A stretch of 64,000 bases of DNA from NCBI GenBank assembly GCA_963666315.2, contig CAXXHG010000010.1, positions 64,001-128,000 on the forward strand, read 5' to 3'. The notes beneath the pieces are model-generated. The model was not told the origin of the DNA. It did no database searches and saw only the letters and a list, made by a program, of their open reading frames with translations. The position numbers were made by a program, and so were the translations under genes. The number at the start of each line of letters is the position of its first letter. The stretch's first letter is position 1. Of the stretch, positions 50,296-61,018 are shown one piece after another. Source of the DNA: Candidatus Binatia bacterium (GTDB lineage: Bacteria > Desulfobacterota > Binatia > Bin18).

Positions 50296-50775
50296 TTATT
50301 CTTGAGATATTGCGATGATACGTTCAATCAGATCTGTGCTTGAAAAGCCGTCCTGGTAGCGCACGGCAACGACCCGTCCACCGTTTTTTTCAACGATCTC
50401 TCTTCCAATTATAGTCTCGGGACCCCAATCTCCGCCTTTGACTAAGATATGCGGCTGCAGGGCGCGAATCAATGTCAACGGTGTTTCTTCGTCAAAGGTT
50501 GTTACGTAATCAACGGCCTCCAAAGCGGCGAGCAGGGTTAAACGGCTCGCTTGATCAAGAATCGGGCGTTTCTCACCCTTTAGCCGTTTCACCGAAGCAT
50601 CGCTATTGATCCCTACCACAAGGATATCGCCAAAGGTTTTTGCTTGGGTCAGGGTATATATGTGACCAGGATGCAGCAGGTCAAAGCAGCCGTTGGTGAA
50701 TACGATCCGTTTTCCCTGACGGCGCAATCGCGACAGTTGTGCTGTAAGATCTTTCGCAGCAAGGGTCTTTTGCAT
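50296..50775 (-). CDS. rfaE2: heptose-1-phosphate adenylyltransferase (RfaE domain II)
   Basis: FTNGCFDLLHPGH, NSDASVKRLKG..RP, LVKGGDW. Confidence 0.95.
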   Translation of the reverse strand: MQKTLAAKDLTAQLSRLRRQGKRIVFTNGCFDLLHPGHIYTLTQAKTFGDILVVGINSDASVKRLKGEKRPILDQASRLTLLAALEAVDYVTTFDEETPLTLIRALQPHILVKGGDWGPETIIGREIVEKNGGRVVAVRYQDGFSSTDLIERIIAISQE

Positions 50776-50877
50776 GACTATCCGTTTCCCAGAATACCAG
50801 GGGTCAGGTCCAGAACCGAAAGGGTCGTTGGTCCGACCTCTGCTGACGCACTTCGAGAGTACCTCAGGGGCAGTGCA

Positions 50878-53097
50878 TTAAAATGCATTTTTCCCCGCTG
50901 AGGTAATGCCGATGAGCGATAAGGACAAACGAAACTCCACCTCGCTCGGGTTGACTTTATCCACGATACCAAAATCAAACGCCCAACACTTTTGCGGTGA
51001 GAGGAACCGAAGGAAATAGCGGCTCCCGATAAATAAATCATCATTCAGGTCGTAGCGCGTAAAATAGGCCGCAGTCAGATATTCGTTAAAGCGAAAGATG
51101 AGACTTCCATTGACCTCTTTGAGCAGGCGGTCGGCAATGGTGCGATACGAGACACGGATGCTGGTCCGCCGCTGTAGATGACGCACCAAGGGACTAACTT
51201 CGGGCAATGGTCGCGGGTCGCGGAGAAACCCACCTATGCGCGCGGCAATCACATCCCCACGCTCAAAGTCATAGGTCGTATATGCAGAAAGGGTGAAAAA
51301 AGGAAGTGGTCGAAACTGCGCATGAAGATCAACATCTGAAAAATGTTGCTCTTTTTCGCTGTCGGCACCAGGCGGGGCACCTGAGTTGAGCCCAAACTCT
51401 TCTCCTCCTTCCCGCAAGCCACGGCTTGGATCATAGGCATGTGTAATAGACAAACGTGCCAGTTCGCGGATAGTTGTCCCCTGGTTCGAGGTGCCAGGGA
51501 CAGGGGAGAATTTTCCGAGCAGACGATTGGATACGCCATAGGCGAAAAGGCTACGTTTATTAATCCGATCCAAAGCATCATACAGAGGCAGGTCGTCTTG
51601 ATCGACCGGCGGCACATAGGAAAATGAAGCATGCGGCTCAACCACATGTTGTAGTTTCAGCAGTCCTCCCCAGCCGACATCATACACCCGCGATAAGCGT
51701 GTCTCGATTTCAGCCTGGAGCTGGATGAGTTCTCGTGCCTGGTTCCGGCGCAGACGGCCTGAGCCAGGCAGAGCCCGCCTGCCCGGTGCCCGGGAACTCA
51801 TATGGTAGACAGTCTCCCGCGCCGTCACTTTGACTGAACCAAAAAAATACCTCCCCAGCGAGAATGGTACGGATATCCATGGGGCCAGATCGAACCGCTG
51901 TCCGTAGTAGCCACGGTTCCGAAAGAAATGGCTGCCTTCTACGGTAATCCCGGCTTCAAGGCGGTCGTGCCAAAAACGCTGATGGCCTTGGAAATGTATC
52001 TGCGGCAGCACCTGGAAAGCATTATCCTGGTCGCCGCGGAGATCTTGATAATAGCGTGCCTCCGAACGCAGTTGCGCCTGCTTCCAGGTCTTGACTGTCC
52101 CTACTCGTGAGTCGGTGAACCGCCGCGAGCGTAGCTCGCGGTCCTCTAGCCTGGGATGAAATGACATATTTATCTCGCGTAAAAAGAAGTCATCACTGAC
52201 AAGAAACAAATCACTATACAGATCGATGTCATCCGCTAGACCTTGTCGGTGCACCCCGGTTACACTCCAGCGATCGATGGGAGAGGTTGTCGAGGCTGGG
52301 CCACGGATCCGTTCATTAAAGTACGAGGCAGAGAATTCTCCCTCTGTCCGCTCGTTGGGAGCATAGCGGTACTCGCCTAAGAGTCCGATGCGGGCGGACG
52401 TTTCCACGTCTGCCGTCAGCGTCAGATCCTGGCTCTTACTCATTGCCCAGTAGAAGGGCTGCTGCCACTGGAAACCACGCTTACTCGAAAAGCTGTATTG
52501 GGGCGCAAGCAGACCAGTCTGTCGTTCCTTGCGAACGGGAATGAGTGCATACGGCACATACAACACCGGGACATCGCGTATGCGAAACAACCCGCCTCGA
52601 ATTTTACCAGTTCCGCCTACGGTGAGATCGAAATCTCCCGCACCGATACTCCAGTCTGCATCCTCCATCGTGTCACATTCACACGTAGTTATCGACCCGT
52701 CTTCGATATGGTAACTTTGACCATAGAATTTCTGGAGCTTTTTCCCGGTTATGGTGTATTGATTACGCCGGAGATGAACCGTCCCGTTCTGGATCTCACC
52801 GGTTTCGTCCGTCAACTCCAGCTGCATCGCCTCAGCCTGAACATCGCCCTGCGGGTCTGTTAATACAACATGGCCGCGCGCCATCAATTCATTCTTGGTT
52901 CGCCTGACCGTGACGGTATCTGCGGTCAGTGTGGTTTGTCCCTTGGTGACGACGACATTGCCTTCGGCAGTCACCGTCTCGCCTTGCTCCTCATAGGTCA
53001 ACGTGTCGGCCAGCACCCGCATCTCCTCTTGCTCCTGGGCCGACACGCACGGCACGTTCACTAAGCAGAGAAAGTAAAAGAAAAGACTGTGCCGCAT
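50878..53097 (-). CDS. lptD: LPS assembly protein LptD
   Basis: Signal peptide, OstA-like AEGNVV, TTC.C, ERQTGLLAP, PFYWA and a beta-barrel C-terminus. Confidence 0.9.
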   Translation of the reverse strand: MRHSLFFYFLCLVNVPCVSAQEQEEMRVLADTLTYEEQGETVTAEGNVVVTKGQTTLTADTVTVRRTKNELMARGHVVLTDPQGDVQAEAMQLELTDETGEIQNGTVHLRRNQYTITGKKLQKFYGQSYHIEDGSITTCECDTMEDADWSIGAGDFDLTVGGTGKIRGGLFRIRDVPVLYVPYALIPVRKERQTGLLAPQYSFSSKRGFQWQQPFYWAMSKSQDLTLTADVETSARIGLLGEYRYAPNERTEGEFSASYFNERIRGPASTTSPIDRWSVTGVHRQGLADDIDLYSDLFLVSDDFFLREINMSFHPRLEDRELRSRRFTDSRVGTVKTWKQAQLRSEARYYQDLRGDQDNAFQVLPQIHFQGHQRFWHDRLEAGITVEGSHFFRNRGYYGQRFDLAPWISVPFSLGRYFFGSVKVTARETVYHMSSRAPGRRALPGSGRLRRNQARELIQLQAEIETRLSRVYDVGWGGLLKLQHVVEPHASFSYVPPVDQDDLPLYDALDRINKRSLFAYGVSNRLLGKFSPVPGTSNQGTTIRELARLSITHAYDPSRGLREGGEEFGLNSGAPPGADSEKEQHFSDVDLHAQFRPLPFFTLSAYTTYDFERGDVIAARIGGFLRDPRPLPEVSPLVRHLQRRTSIRVSYRTIADRLLKEVNGSLIFRFNEYLTAAYFTRYDLNDDLFIGSRYFLRFLSPQKCWAFDFGIVDKVNPSEVEFRLSLSLIGITSAGKNAF

Positions 53098-53113
53098 GAC
53101 CCACGCTGCTTTC

Positions 53114-54427
53114 TCAGATGGTTCCGGACGAGTCTTGAGCCGCTTGTTGCGCTCGGGCTAGGGGAGGGTCAGAAAAAAGCGGCAAGACTTCGCCAGCCAA
53201 GAAGAGTGATCCACACACAACAATCACATCGTGCGGTCCGGCTTCAGCCAGCAGTTGTCGGCAGGCCGTCTGCGCCCCGGTCACAACCCGAACCGGGCAA
53301 TGAGAGGAAAAAGCCGCGTGGACCGTATATGGATCTTCCGCGCGGGGTTGTGCAACGGCCGTCACCACGACCTGGGAGGCGATCCGCCCCAGAATAGGCA
53401 CCATCGCCCGCCAATCCTTGTCTCGCATAACTCCGAATAAAAAGATCACGCGTTTATCTGGGGCAAGAAGACGGAGTTCAGCCATCAACGTTTCCATGGC
53501 CTGCATATTATGCGCGCCATCGACAATCACAAAAGGGCGAGCAGAGACGATATCCAGCCGGCCCGGCCAGGTGACCGATTGGAGCCCGATAGAAATCTGG
53601 GCCGTCGTAACCGGGAAGACTGCCTGGATACATCCTAGGGCAGCACATGCCACAGCCGCATTCCGCCTCTGAAACTTTCCGTGCAAAGAGACCGGCAGAT
53701 CATCCAACCGCCACGGCTGGCCCCGATATCGGCTGCGGCCTGACGCGTCTTCCTGAAGCGTAAAGTCCTGACCATATATGAGAGTCGGACTCTGGCGGTC
53801 TTGGGCGGCGCGGCGTAAAATCGACAGACTCTCGGATTCCAGCCTGCCTATGACCACTGGCACCCCAGGCTTGATTATCCCGCCTTTCTCGCGTGCGATA
53901 TCAGACAGCGTTGGACCAAGATACTGTTGGTGATCCAGCCCAATACTCGTAATCACAGACACAAGTGGAGAGAGCACATTTGTGGCATCCAGCCGCCCGC
54001 CTAAACCAACTTCTACCACCGCGAGGTCAACCCGCGTTTGGGCAAAGGCGCGAAAAGCCAGCACCGTCATCATTTCAAACGGAGTCAGTCGCAGCGCAGA
54101 AGGTGCTATGCACGCCCGAATTGCCGCCACGCCATCCACCACTTCTTGCTCGGTGATGTATCGCCGTCCCAGCCGAATCCGCTCACAAAAGTCAATCAGA
54201 TGTGGAGAAGTAAACAAGCCCACCCGGTAGCCTGCTGCGCTCAGGACGGCATGCAGCATTGCCGCAGTTGATCCTTTCCCGTTTGTTCCGGCAATGTGGA
54301 TAGCAGGGAACTGGGCATGCGGCTCGCGACACAGGCGCAGCGCGTGAGTCGTACGGTCAAGTTTGAGGTCCATACGCTCGACCTCAAGGCCATACAACCA
54401 GGCCAGCGTATCAGAGTAGTGCGGCAT
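53114..54427 (-). CDS. folC: folylpolyglutamate/dihydrofolate synthase
   Basis: HIAGTNGKGST, FTSPHL, EVGLGGRLDATN, WPGR, DGAHN, CGSLFLAG. Start placed at MPHY. Confidence 0.96.
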   Translation of the reverse strand: MPHYSDTLAWLYGLEVERMDLKLDRTTHALRLCREPHAQFPAIHIAGTNGKGSTAAMLHAVLSAAGYRVGLFTSPHLIDFCERIRLGRRYITEQEVVDGVAAIRACIAPSALRLTPFEMMTVLAFRAFAQTRVDLAVVEVGLGGRLDATNVLSPLVSVITSIGLDHQQYLGPTLSDIAREKGGIIKPGVPVVIGRLESESLSILRRAAQDRQSPTLIYGQDFTLQEDASGRSRYRGQPWRLDDLPVSLHGKFQRRNAAVACAALGCIQAVFPVTTAQISIGLQSVTWPGRLDIVSARPFVIVDGAHNMQAMETLMAELRLLAPDKRVIFLFGVMRDKDWRAMVPILGRIASQVVVTAVAQPRAEDPYTVHAAFSSHCPVRVVTGAQTACRQLLAEAGPHDVIVVCGSLFLAGEVLPLFSDPPLARAQQAAQDSSGTI

Positions 54428-54476
54428 CCCTTCCTTCTGAGGTACAGACTGAGATACAGATTTCGGGGATATCGCG

Positions 54477-55343
54477 CTAGGCGGACAGATCCGACTCCGC
54501 CGACTGAGAATCGGCACGCTGTACAGGGTCGCACAGCATCCCCAGCAGTTGGTGTATGACTCGACGCAAATCTTTGCGCTCAACAATCAGGTCAACCATG
54601 CCATGCTTGAGGAGGAACTCTGCCCGCTGAAAACCAGGCGGGAGCTTCTCCCGTATGGTCTGCTCAATGACACGTGGACCGGCAAAACCAATCAAAGCAC
54701 CTGGTTCAGCAATATTAATATCACCCAGCATACCCAGCGACGCCGCCACCCCACCTGTGGTGGGATCGGTCAACACCGACAGATAGGGAAGATGCGCCGC
54801 ACGCAAACGACCCAGCGCCATAGTCACCTTTGCCATCTGCATCAGAGACAAGACCCCTTCTTGCATACGGGCCCCACCAGAGGCAGAGAAAAAAATCACG
54901 GGGAGCTTATCCACAAGGGCGTATTCAACGATGCGGGTCAACTTTTCTCCAACCACCGTCCCCATACTGCCGCCAAGAAATGTAAAATCAAAACAACCCA
55001 ACGCGATACGACGGCCCTCAATGGTCGCGACACCACACACGACGGCTTCTTCTCGTCCAGACCCTCTACGGGCGCTCTCCAATCGACTGAGATAGGGTTT
55101 TTTGTCAGTAAACGTGAGCGGGTCGTTTGAATTCAGCCCCCGTTCGCGTTCGATGAATGAGCCGCGATCAACGATGGTGAGTAGCCGTTGTTCAACTGTC
55201 AGACGAAGATGCGCCCCGCATTTAGGACAGATAAAGAGCCGCCGCTCAACTTCCTTGCGGAAAAGAATTTCTTGACAGGTAGAGCACTTGAGCCAAATGG
55301 CTTCTGTCTCCGCTTGCCCTGGTTTCTGTTTTTGCCCCGTCAT
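54477..55343 (-). CDS. accD: acetyl-CoA carboxylase carboxyltransferase beta
   Basis: W.KC..C...CPKC Zn finger, GGSMG.VVGEK, SGGARMQEG, PTTGGV.AS, GFAGPRVIEQT. Confidence 0.97.
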   Translation of the reverse strand: MTGQKQKPGQAETEAIWLKCSTCQEILFRKEVERRLFICPKCGAHLRLTVEQRLLTIVDRGSFIERERGLNSNDPLTFTDKKPYLSRLESARRGSGREEAVVCGVATIEGRRIALGCFDFTFLGGSMGTVVGEKLTRIVEYALVDKLPVIFFSASGGARMQEGVLSLMQMAKVTMALGRLRAAHLPYLSVLTDPTTGGVAASLGMLGDINIAEPGALIGFAGPRVIEQTIREKLPPGFQRAEFLLKHGMVDLIVERKDLRRVIHQLLGMLCDPVQRADSQSAESDLSA

Positions 55344-55360
55344 GCCTCGCTCTCCGTAGA

Positions 55361-56212
55361 CTAGGATTGTGGTGACGACACCGCCTGTCTATCGCCACGC
55401 AGAGAGATTGTTGCCACACCGCGCAAAGCGGATTTAAGTTGGGCAACAAACGCCCCGACGCGCTCAACCATATCAGCTTGCCCCAGGGATTGCTCAATAA
55501 TCTGCGAGATCGCACTCCCAACAATCGCCGCATCCGCAACTCCCGCGACCTGGGCTGCCTGCTCAGGAGAGGAAATACCAAATCCTACCCCGACCGGCAC
55601 AGGCGATATGGCGCGGATGCGGCGGACCATATCACCCAAGTCCGCCGGTAATGTCGTCCGTGCTCCCGTCACCCCGGTCACCGCAACATAGTAGATAAAT
55701 CCTCGGGCACGAGTCAGTACGGCTTGCGCTCGGGCCAGAGAACTTGTTGGCGCAAGCAGAAAAATCATGTCCAGATCATGCAGGTCGGTTGCCCGCTTCA
55801 GCTCATCGGCTTCTTCGGGTGGCAGATCCACACACAAGACCCCATCGACCCCAGCCCGGCGAGCATCCTCGGCAAACCGCTCTCCGCCGTACCGAAAAAT
55901 CGGATTGTAATATCCCATAAGAAGAATAGGGACCGAGAGCGACTGCCGCAGTCGGCTCACTAAACCGAGGATATGCGACAGAGAAGTCCCATTTCGCACG
56001 GCACGTTCCGCCGCCCGCTGCAGCGTCGGGCCGTCAGCCATCGGATCGGAAAAGGGTACCCCAAGCTCGATTATATCTGCGCCCTGACGCACCATCTCCT
56101 GGACGAGCGCAAAGGTCGTTTGAATATCCGGATCACCGGCAGTAATGAAAGGGATAAGCGCCACCTCACCACGTGCCCGTAAAGCGCTAAAGGTCTGAGA
56201 AATTCTCGTCAT
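55361..56212 (-). CDS. trpA: tryptophan synthase alpha
   Basis: [35 protein letters not shown]. Confidence 0.98.
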   Translation of the reverse strand: MTRISQTFSALRARGEVALIPFITAGDPDIQTTFALVQEMVRQGADIIELGVPFSDPMADGPTLQRAAERAVRNGTSLSHILGLVSRLRQSLSVPILLMGYYNPIFRYGGERFAEDARRAGVDGVLCVDLPPEEADELKRATDLHDLDMIFLLAPTSSLARAQAVLTRARGFIYYVAVTGVTGARTTLPADLGDMVRRIRAISPVPVGVGFGISSPEQAAQVAGVADAAIVGSAISQIIEQSLGQADMVERVGAFVAQLKSALRGVATISLRGDRQAVSSPQS

Positions 56213-57399
56213 ACGCCGGATTCCCCGAGGAAGTGGGCTACGCTTTGCAAATCCTTATCACCGCGGCCAGAAATATTGATCACCACAATAGTATCCGAGG
56301 GTAGTTGAGGCACGAGGGTCACCGCATACGTCACGGCATGGGCACTTTCTAGAGCAGGAATAATCCCCTCGGTCTCAGCCAAAAGCTGCATGCCTTCAAC
56401 CGCCTGCGTATCTTGGACCGCGACATACTGAATCCGCTGTTGGTCGTTCCAATAGCTCAGTTCCGGCCCGACGCCGGGGTAGTCCAACCCAGGGGCAAGA
56501 GAGTGGGTTGCCGCAATAAGTCCCGTCTCATCCTGCAGTAGATACGTCTTACTGCCGTGCAGGACACCGATCTGACCATTGGTGATCGACGCCGCGTTTT
56601 GTCCTTCTCCCAATCCTCCGCCTTCTACACCTATCATCCGTACCGTTGGGTCCGTCAAAAACGGGCTAAACAAGCCCATCGCGTTACTGCCCCCACCAAC
56701 ACACGCGATAAGATAGTCAGGAAGACGTCCTTCCTTTTGCCGGATTTGCCTTTTTGCCTCGTGGCCGATGACAGATTGGAAGTCTCGTACAAGCATCGGA
56801 TAGGGGTGAGGGCCGGCCACTGTTCCAATAACGTAGAAAGTATCCTGGACCTGGGTGATCCAGTCACGCAATGCCTCATTCATGGCATCTTTCAGAGTCT
56901 GACTGCCACTTTTTACCTCGCGCAGTGTTGCCCCTAACAACCGCATCCGAAAGACGTTCGGCGCTTGACGAACGATATCTTCACTGCCCATAAAGACTTC
57001 GCACTCAAACCCGAGCAGCGCAGCAACAGTCGCCGTTGCTACTCCGTGCTGCCCAGCCCCAGTTTCAGCGATCAAGCGGTGTTTCCCCATACGTTTTGCT
57101 AAGAGCGCTTGGCCTATCGTGTTATTGATCTTATGCGCTCCGGTGTGGCACAAATCTTCGCGTTTTAAATAGACCTTTGCTCCGCCAAGACGTTCGGTCA
57201 GTCGTACGGCATACGTGAGCGGGGTCGGTCGGCCTACATACTCATGTTGCAAGTCTCGCAACGCGCGTCTAAAGACAGGATCCCGCCGGCATTGCCGATA
57301 GACCTCTTCGAGCTCGATCAAGGCTGGCATAAGGGTTTCCGCAACATAGCGGCCCCCATATGCCCCAAAATGTCCGTGTTTATCCGGCAGTCTTGGCAT
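56209..57399 (-). CDS. trpB: tryptophan synthase beta
   Basis: [49 protein letters not shown]. Confidence 0.98.
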   Translation of the reverse strand: MPRLPDKHGHFGAYGGRYVAETLMPALIELEEVYRQCRRDPVFRRALRDLQHEYVGRPTPLTYAVRLTERLGGAKVYLKREDLCHTGAHKINNTIGQALLAKRMGKHRLIAETGAGQHGVATATVAALLGFECEVFMGSEDIVRQAPNVFRMRLLGATLREVKSGSQTLKDAMNEALRDWITQVQDTFYVIGTVAGPHPYPMLVRDFQSVIGHEAKRQIRQKEGRLPDYLIACVGGGSNAMGLFSPFLTDPTVRMIGVEGGGLGEGQNAASITNGQIGVLHGSKTYLLQDETGLIAATHSLAPGLDYPGVGPELSYWNDQQRIQYVAVQDTQAVEGMQLLAETEGIIPALESAHAVTYAVTLVPQLPSDTIVVINISGRGDKDLQSVAHFLGESGV

Positions 57400-58015
57400 T
57401 GTGGATGAAAGTATGTAGTTTTTCTATGTCTTTGCGCCCTGGTGCAAATTCAACACCGCTGGCAACATCGATCGCCCACGGCCTCACAGTTCGGACCGCC
57501 TCAGCAACATTCTCGGGCGTTAATCCACCTGCTAGAATTATGCGCTCAAGAAATGGGACGGGCAAAGATGCCGCCTGTTCCCAGGCAAACGTTTTGCCCG
57601 TTCCTCCGTATCGGCCCGGTCTATACGTGTCAAGCAGGACATAGTCCGCCTGAGAGCGTGCCACACGTTCTAAAAGTCCGGCCAGTGACTCATGCTGCGG
57701 TACACGCACGGCCTGGATAGTCTGTACGGACCATCCCTCCAGGGCAGTCGTATCCTCATCGCCGTGAAACTGGATGGCGTCCAGCTCCAGGGATTCGACG
57801 AGAGCGGCAATCTGTGTACGCGCGGCGTTTACAAAAACGCCAACGCACAGCACATGACCGGGCAGGGCAGCTCGAATCTCTTGGGCTGTCGTCTCAGCAA
57901 CTGCACGCGGACTCCGCGGATAGAAATTCAGTCCAATGAGGTCGGCCCCAGCCTGGACGGCGTACTGGGCATCAGCGACGCTGGTCACGCCACATATTTT
58001 CACGCGTATGGACAT
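57380..58015 (-). CDS. trpF: phosphoribosylanthranilate isomerase
   Basis: [37 protein letters not shown]. Confidence 0.97.
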   Translation of the reverse strand: MSIRVKICGVTSVADAQYAVQAGADLIGLNFYPRSPRAVAETTAQEIRAALPGHVLCVGVFVNAARTQIAALVESLELDAIQFHGDEDTTALEGWSVQTIQAVRVPQHESLAGLLERVARSQADYVLLDTYRPGRYGGTGKTFAWEQAASLPVPFLERIILAGGLTPENVAEAVRTVRPWAIDVASGVEFAPGRKDIEKLHTFIHNAKTAG

Positions 58016-58022
58016 GGCGCAT

Positions 58023-58805
58023 TTAGGAGACCCGGCCCAACAAGCTCCGCAGTGGGACTCCAGGATCCGGGGCAGCCATGAAGGTCTCACCAATGAGAAA
58101 AGCCCGGACGCCCTGTGCCTCTAGCCGATCTAATTGGTCTGTGGTTGAAAGCCCACTCTCGGAAACAACACACACATCTGGCGGCAGTCCCCTGACTAGT
58201 CGTTCGCTCGTTTCAATAGTCGTGCGAAACGTCCACAAGTCACGATTATTGATACCGAGCAACTGCACCCCACAGGCGAGCGCTCGTGCCAACTCTTGCT
58301 CGTCATGCACTTCCACCAGACAATCAAGATCGAGTGTTTTTGCGAGGCCGCTCAATTCTTGTATCTGGGCATTTTCGAGTATGGCCACAATGAGCAGTAT
58401 CGCACTCGCCCCAAACGCGCGCGCTTCATAGACTTGGTAGTCATCAAACACAAAGTCTTTTCGGAGCAACGGCAACGTCACGTGCTGGCGGATCTTTTGG
58501 AGGGACTCGAGGCTGCCCTGGAAAAACTTCTTTTCCGTGAGAACCGAGATCGCCGCTGCGCCTGACGCGGCATATATTTTCGCCAGGGCAAGCGGGTCAA
58601 AATCTTCGCGGATGACACCTTTGGAGGGAGATGCCTTTTTCACCTCAGCAATAATCGCACGACCAGAGCAGGATTGCAGTGCGCTCAGAAAGCCTGGAAC
58701 AGGCGCATGGAACAGTGCCAGATCCTGCAGTTGGGCACGTGATAGCGTTTTTTTTTGGACGGCGACTTCTTCTCGCTTAGCAGCAACAATATCGTCAAGA
58801 ATCAT
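58023..58805 (-). CDS. trpC: indole-3-glycerol phosphate synthase
   Basis: IAEVKKASPSKG, SVLTE, LRKDF, VEVH, GINNRDL, VSESG. Confidence 0.98.
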   Translation of the reverse strand: MILDDIVAAKREEVAVQKKTLSRAQLQDLALFHAPVPGFLSALQSCSGRAIIAEVKKASPSKGVIREDFDPLALAKIYAASGAAAISVLTEKKFFQGSLESLQKIRQHVTLPLLRKDFVFDDYQVYEARAFGASAILLIVAILENAQIQELSGLAKTLDLDCLVEVHDEQELARALACGVQLLGINNRDLWTFRTTIETSERLVRGLPPDVCVVSESGLSTTDQLDRLEAQGVRAFLIGETFMAAPDPGVPLRSLLGRVS

Positions 58806-59824
58806 ACTGTTTCCGCATGCGTTAACGGAATCAAGCGTTCCAGCGTCCGCGCAGCAGCTCCGCTATCAACCGTTTTCTCAGCAAGTTGCACTCCCGCCAG
58901 CAATGACTCTACAGCGTCTCCAGCGTAGAGAGCTGCTCCAGCATTGAGCAGAACGATGTCCCGGTGAGGCCCCGGCGCTCCCGCTAATACGGATCGAATG
59001 ATGTCAGCCGACTCCTGAGCACTCGAGACCTGCAACTCTGACAACTGGCAGCGCGGGAAGCCAAAGTCTTCCGGATCGACGCTGAACGACTGAACTCCTT
59101 GAGGGCCCCACTCCGCAATGGCGGTTGGGCCGGTAAGAGAAATTTCGTCTAGCCCGTCCTCCCCATGGACCACCAAGGCATGCGTGCTTCCCAATCGACC
59201 CAGCGCTTCAGCCAACGGCTGCACCCAGCGCTGGTCAAATACCCCGACGAGTTGATAGCGCGCCCCAGCCGGATTCGTCAGCGGTCCAAGAATATTGAAC
59301 ACCGTCCGTATTCCGATTTCCCGACGCGGCCCAACCGCATGGCGCATAGCCCGATGAAAAGCCGGTGCGAATAAGAATCCGAACCCAATCTCGCGCATGC
59401 AGTGTTCCACCCGCTCTGGAGACAGCTCGATGCGCGCCCCGAGCGTTTCCAGAACATCCGCTCCTCCGACGCTCCCAGACATCGCCCGATTGCCATGCTT
59501 AGCCACACACAGACCCGCTGCGGCAACAACAAAGGCGGAACAGGTCGAAATATTAAACGTGTGACAGCCATCACCACCAGTGCCACAGGTATCGACTACT
59601 GCCCGTCCCGGACGAACTCGTGTCGCCATCGATCGCATGGCAAGGGCTGCTCCAGAGATCTCAGCAACCGTTTCGCCTTTGATATGCAGCGCAGTCAACA
59701 AAGACCCAATCTGAGCTGGCGTCGCTTGTCCGTCCATCAGATCTGCAATGGTCTGATGCATCTCTTCTTCGGTGAGATCAAGACCAGCTGTCACGCGAAT
59801 AATGGCATCTTTGAAGGTCATCAC
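58802..59824 (-). CDS. trpD: anthranilate phosphoribosyltransferase
   Basis: DTCGTGGDG, FNIST, KHGNR, RT.FNILGPL.NP, DGLDE. Confidence 0.98.
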   Translation of the reverse strand: MMTFKDAIIRVTAGLDLTEEEMHQTIADLMDGQATPAQIGSLLTALHIKGETVAEISGAALAMRSMATRVRPGRAVVDTCGTGGDGCHTFNISTCSAFVVAAAGLCVAKHGNRAMSGSVGGADVLETLGARIELSPERVEHCMREIGFGFLFAPAFHRAMRHAVGPRREIGIRTVFNILGPLTNPAGARYQLVGVFDQRWVQPLAEALGRLGSTHALVVHGEDGLDEISLTGPTAIAEWGPQGVQSFSVDPEDFGFPRCQLSELQVSSAQESADIIRSVLAGAPGPHRDIVLLNAGAALYAGDAVESLLAGVQLAEKTVDSGAAARTLERLIPLTHAETV

Positions 59825-59839
59825 TGTACCAACCGTATC

Positions 59840-60478
59840 TTAATCTGAGACGAGAAATGCCTGAGTGAATTTTCCTTCTCGTCGGAAGCGAGATGCCACA
59901 AGCTGCGCCTCTGTTTGCGTGAATGTCCCCACGCGTATGCGATACCAGACTTCGCCATTGCGGGTAATCGTGTTCACTGCTGCCGCGTGTCCTTGTCTGC
60001 GCAGCTCGGCTGCCATATATTGAGCCGTGTGCCGCTTTTTCGTGACGTGGACCTGGATGCTCCAGCTTCCCGAGCCCGGTCCCTGTGCTTTCCGAATCTC
60101 CGGTTTGGCCGTACTCTTGGATACCACAGGCTGCGTGGCCGCAGGTGCGTTCTCTCTCAGCCGAGTTGCTGGGGAGGCCGTCGGCGCAGGGACAGGATGC
60201 GGAGAGAGGCCGTGTGGCGGGGATGCCCGCTGTAAGAGGTGTTCCTCGACAAGAGGGAGAGATGGTGGGGAAGCGCGGGTCCGAGCTACATCTTCAGAAG
60301 CGTGGATGGGAAAACGGACCGTACGCGTCTCCTGCGCAGTCTTGTACGCTTGCACTTCTTTTCCAATGTATACCCCAAAAGCAAAAACAAGGAAGAAACT
60401 GGTCAGGGCACTCAGGAACAAGATACATCCTTCGGAGAGATTAAAATGGAAGGCGTAGTGTTGCTCTGGCATAGCCAT
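59840..60478 (-). CDS. membrane-anchored SPOR-domain protein
   Basis: N-terminal TM, Pro-rich linker, WSIQV...WYRIRVG.F. Confidence 0.85.
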   Translation of the reverse strand: MAMPEQHYAFHFNLSEGCILFLSALTSFFLVFAFGVYIGKEVQAYKTAQETRTVRFPIHASEDVARTRASPPSLPLVEEHLLQRASPPHGLSPHPVPAPTASPATRLRENAPAATQPVVSKSTAKPEIRKAQGPGSGSWSIQVHVTKKRHTAQYMAAELRRQGHAAAVNTITRNGEVWYRIRVGTFTQTEAQLVASRFRREGKFTQAFLVSD

Positions 60479-60501
60479 CCTCCCTGTCTATTCCTCATAT
60501 G

Positions 60502-60530
60502 ACAAAGGGGGAGCGATGCTCCCCCTTTGT
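60502..60530. terminator. Rho-independent terminator after rplQ
   Basis: Perfect 13-bp stem ACAAAGGGGGAGC-gat-GCTCCCCCTTTGT. Confidence 0.8.
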
Positions 60531-60590
60531 TTTCCAATCCGAATTGATTCCTGCCGTTTTCCTTGCTACCGCCAGACGCCACTGCCACGC

Positions 60591-60989
60591 CTATGAGTTC
60601 GCAGCACGTCCCGCCACAGTCGATGGGTCGGCCTTACGTTCGGTAAATTCAACAAGAGAAATAGGAGCGGCATCCCCTCGACGTGGCCCTATCTTGAGTA
60701 CACGCGTATACCCTCCAGAACGACTCTGAAAGCGAGGAGCCACCTCGTCAAACAAGCGCTGGACGAGCCGGCGGCTCCCGAGATACGAAAAGGCCAAACG
60801 CCGCGCATGGACAGAATTCTTTTTGCCTAAGGTCACCATGCGGTCTGCCCATCTGCGCAGCTCTTTCGCTTTCGCATCAGTCGTCTGGATTTGTTCACGC
60901 AGCAGCAGTGCTTTAACTAAATTGCGCATGAGAGCTTTTCTATGTGCCGCTGTCCGGTTCAGTTTCCGCCCTGTTTTGAGATGTCGCAT
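60591..60989 (-). CDS. rplQ: 50S ribosomal protein L17
   Basis: MRH.K.GRKLNRT..HRKA, GGYTR.LK.G.RRGD.A. Confidence 0.98.
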   Translation of the reverse strand: MRHLKTGRKLNRTAAHRKALMRNLVKALLLREQIQTTDAKAKELRRWADRMVTLGKKNSVHARRLAFSYLGSRRLVQRLFDEVAPRFQSRSGGYTRVLKIGPRRGDAAPISLVEFTERKADPSTVAGRAANS

Positions 60990-61018
60990 GTCCCACTTCC
61001 CCTTGTTTCGTCCCTTAT

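Noticed and set aside
45245-50775. Split hldE (kinase and adenylyltransferase as separate genes)
   Set aside because: Common in many bacterial lineages.
53114-59824. trp genes linked to accD-folC
   Set aside because: A well-known conserved arrangement.
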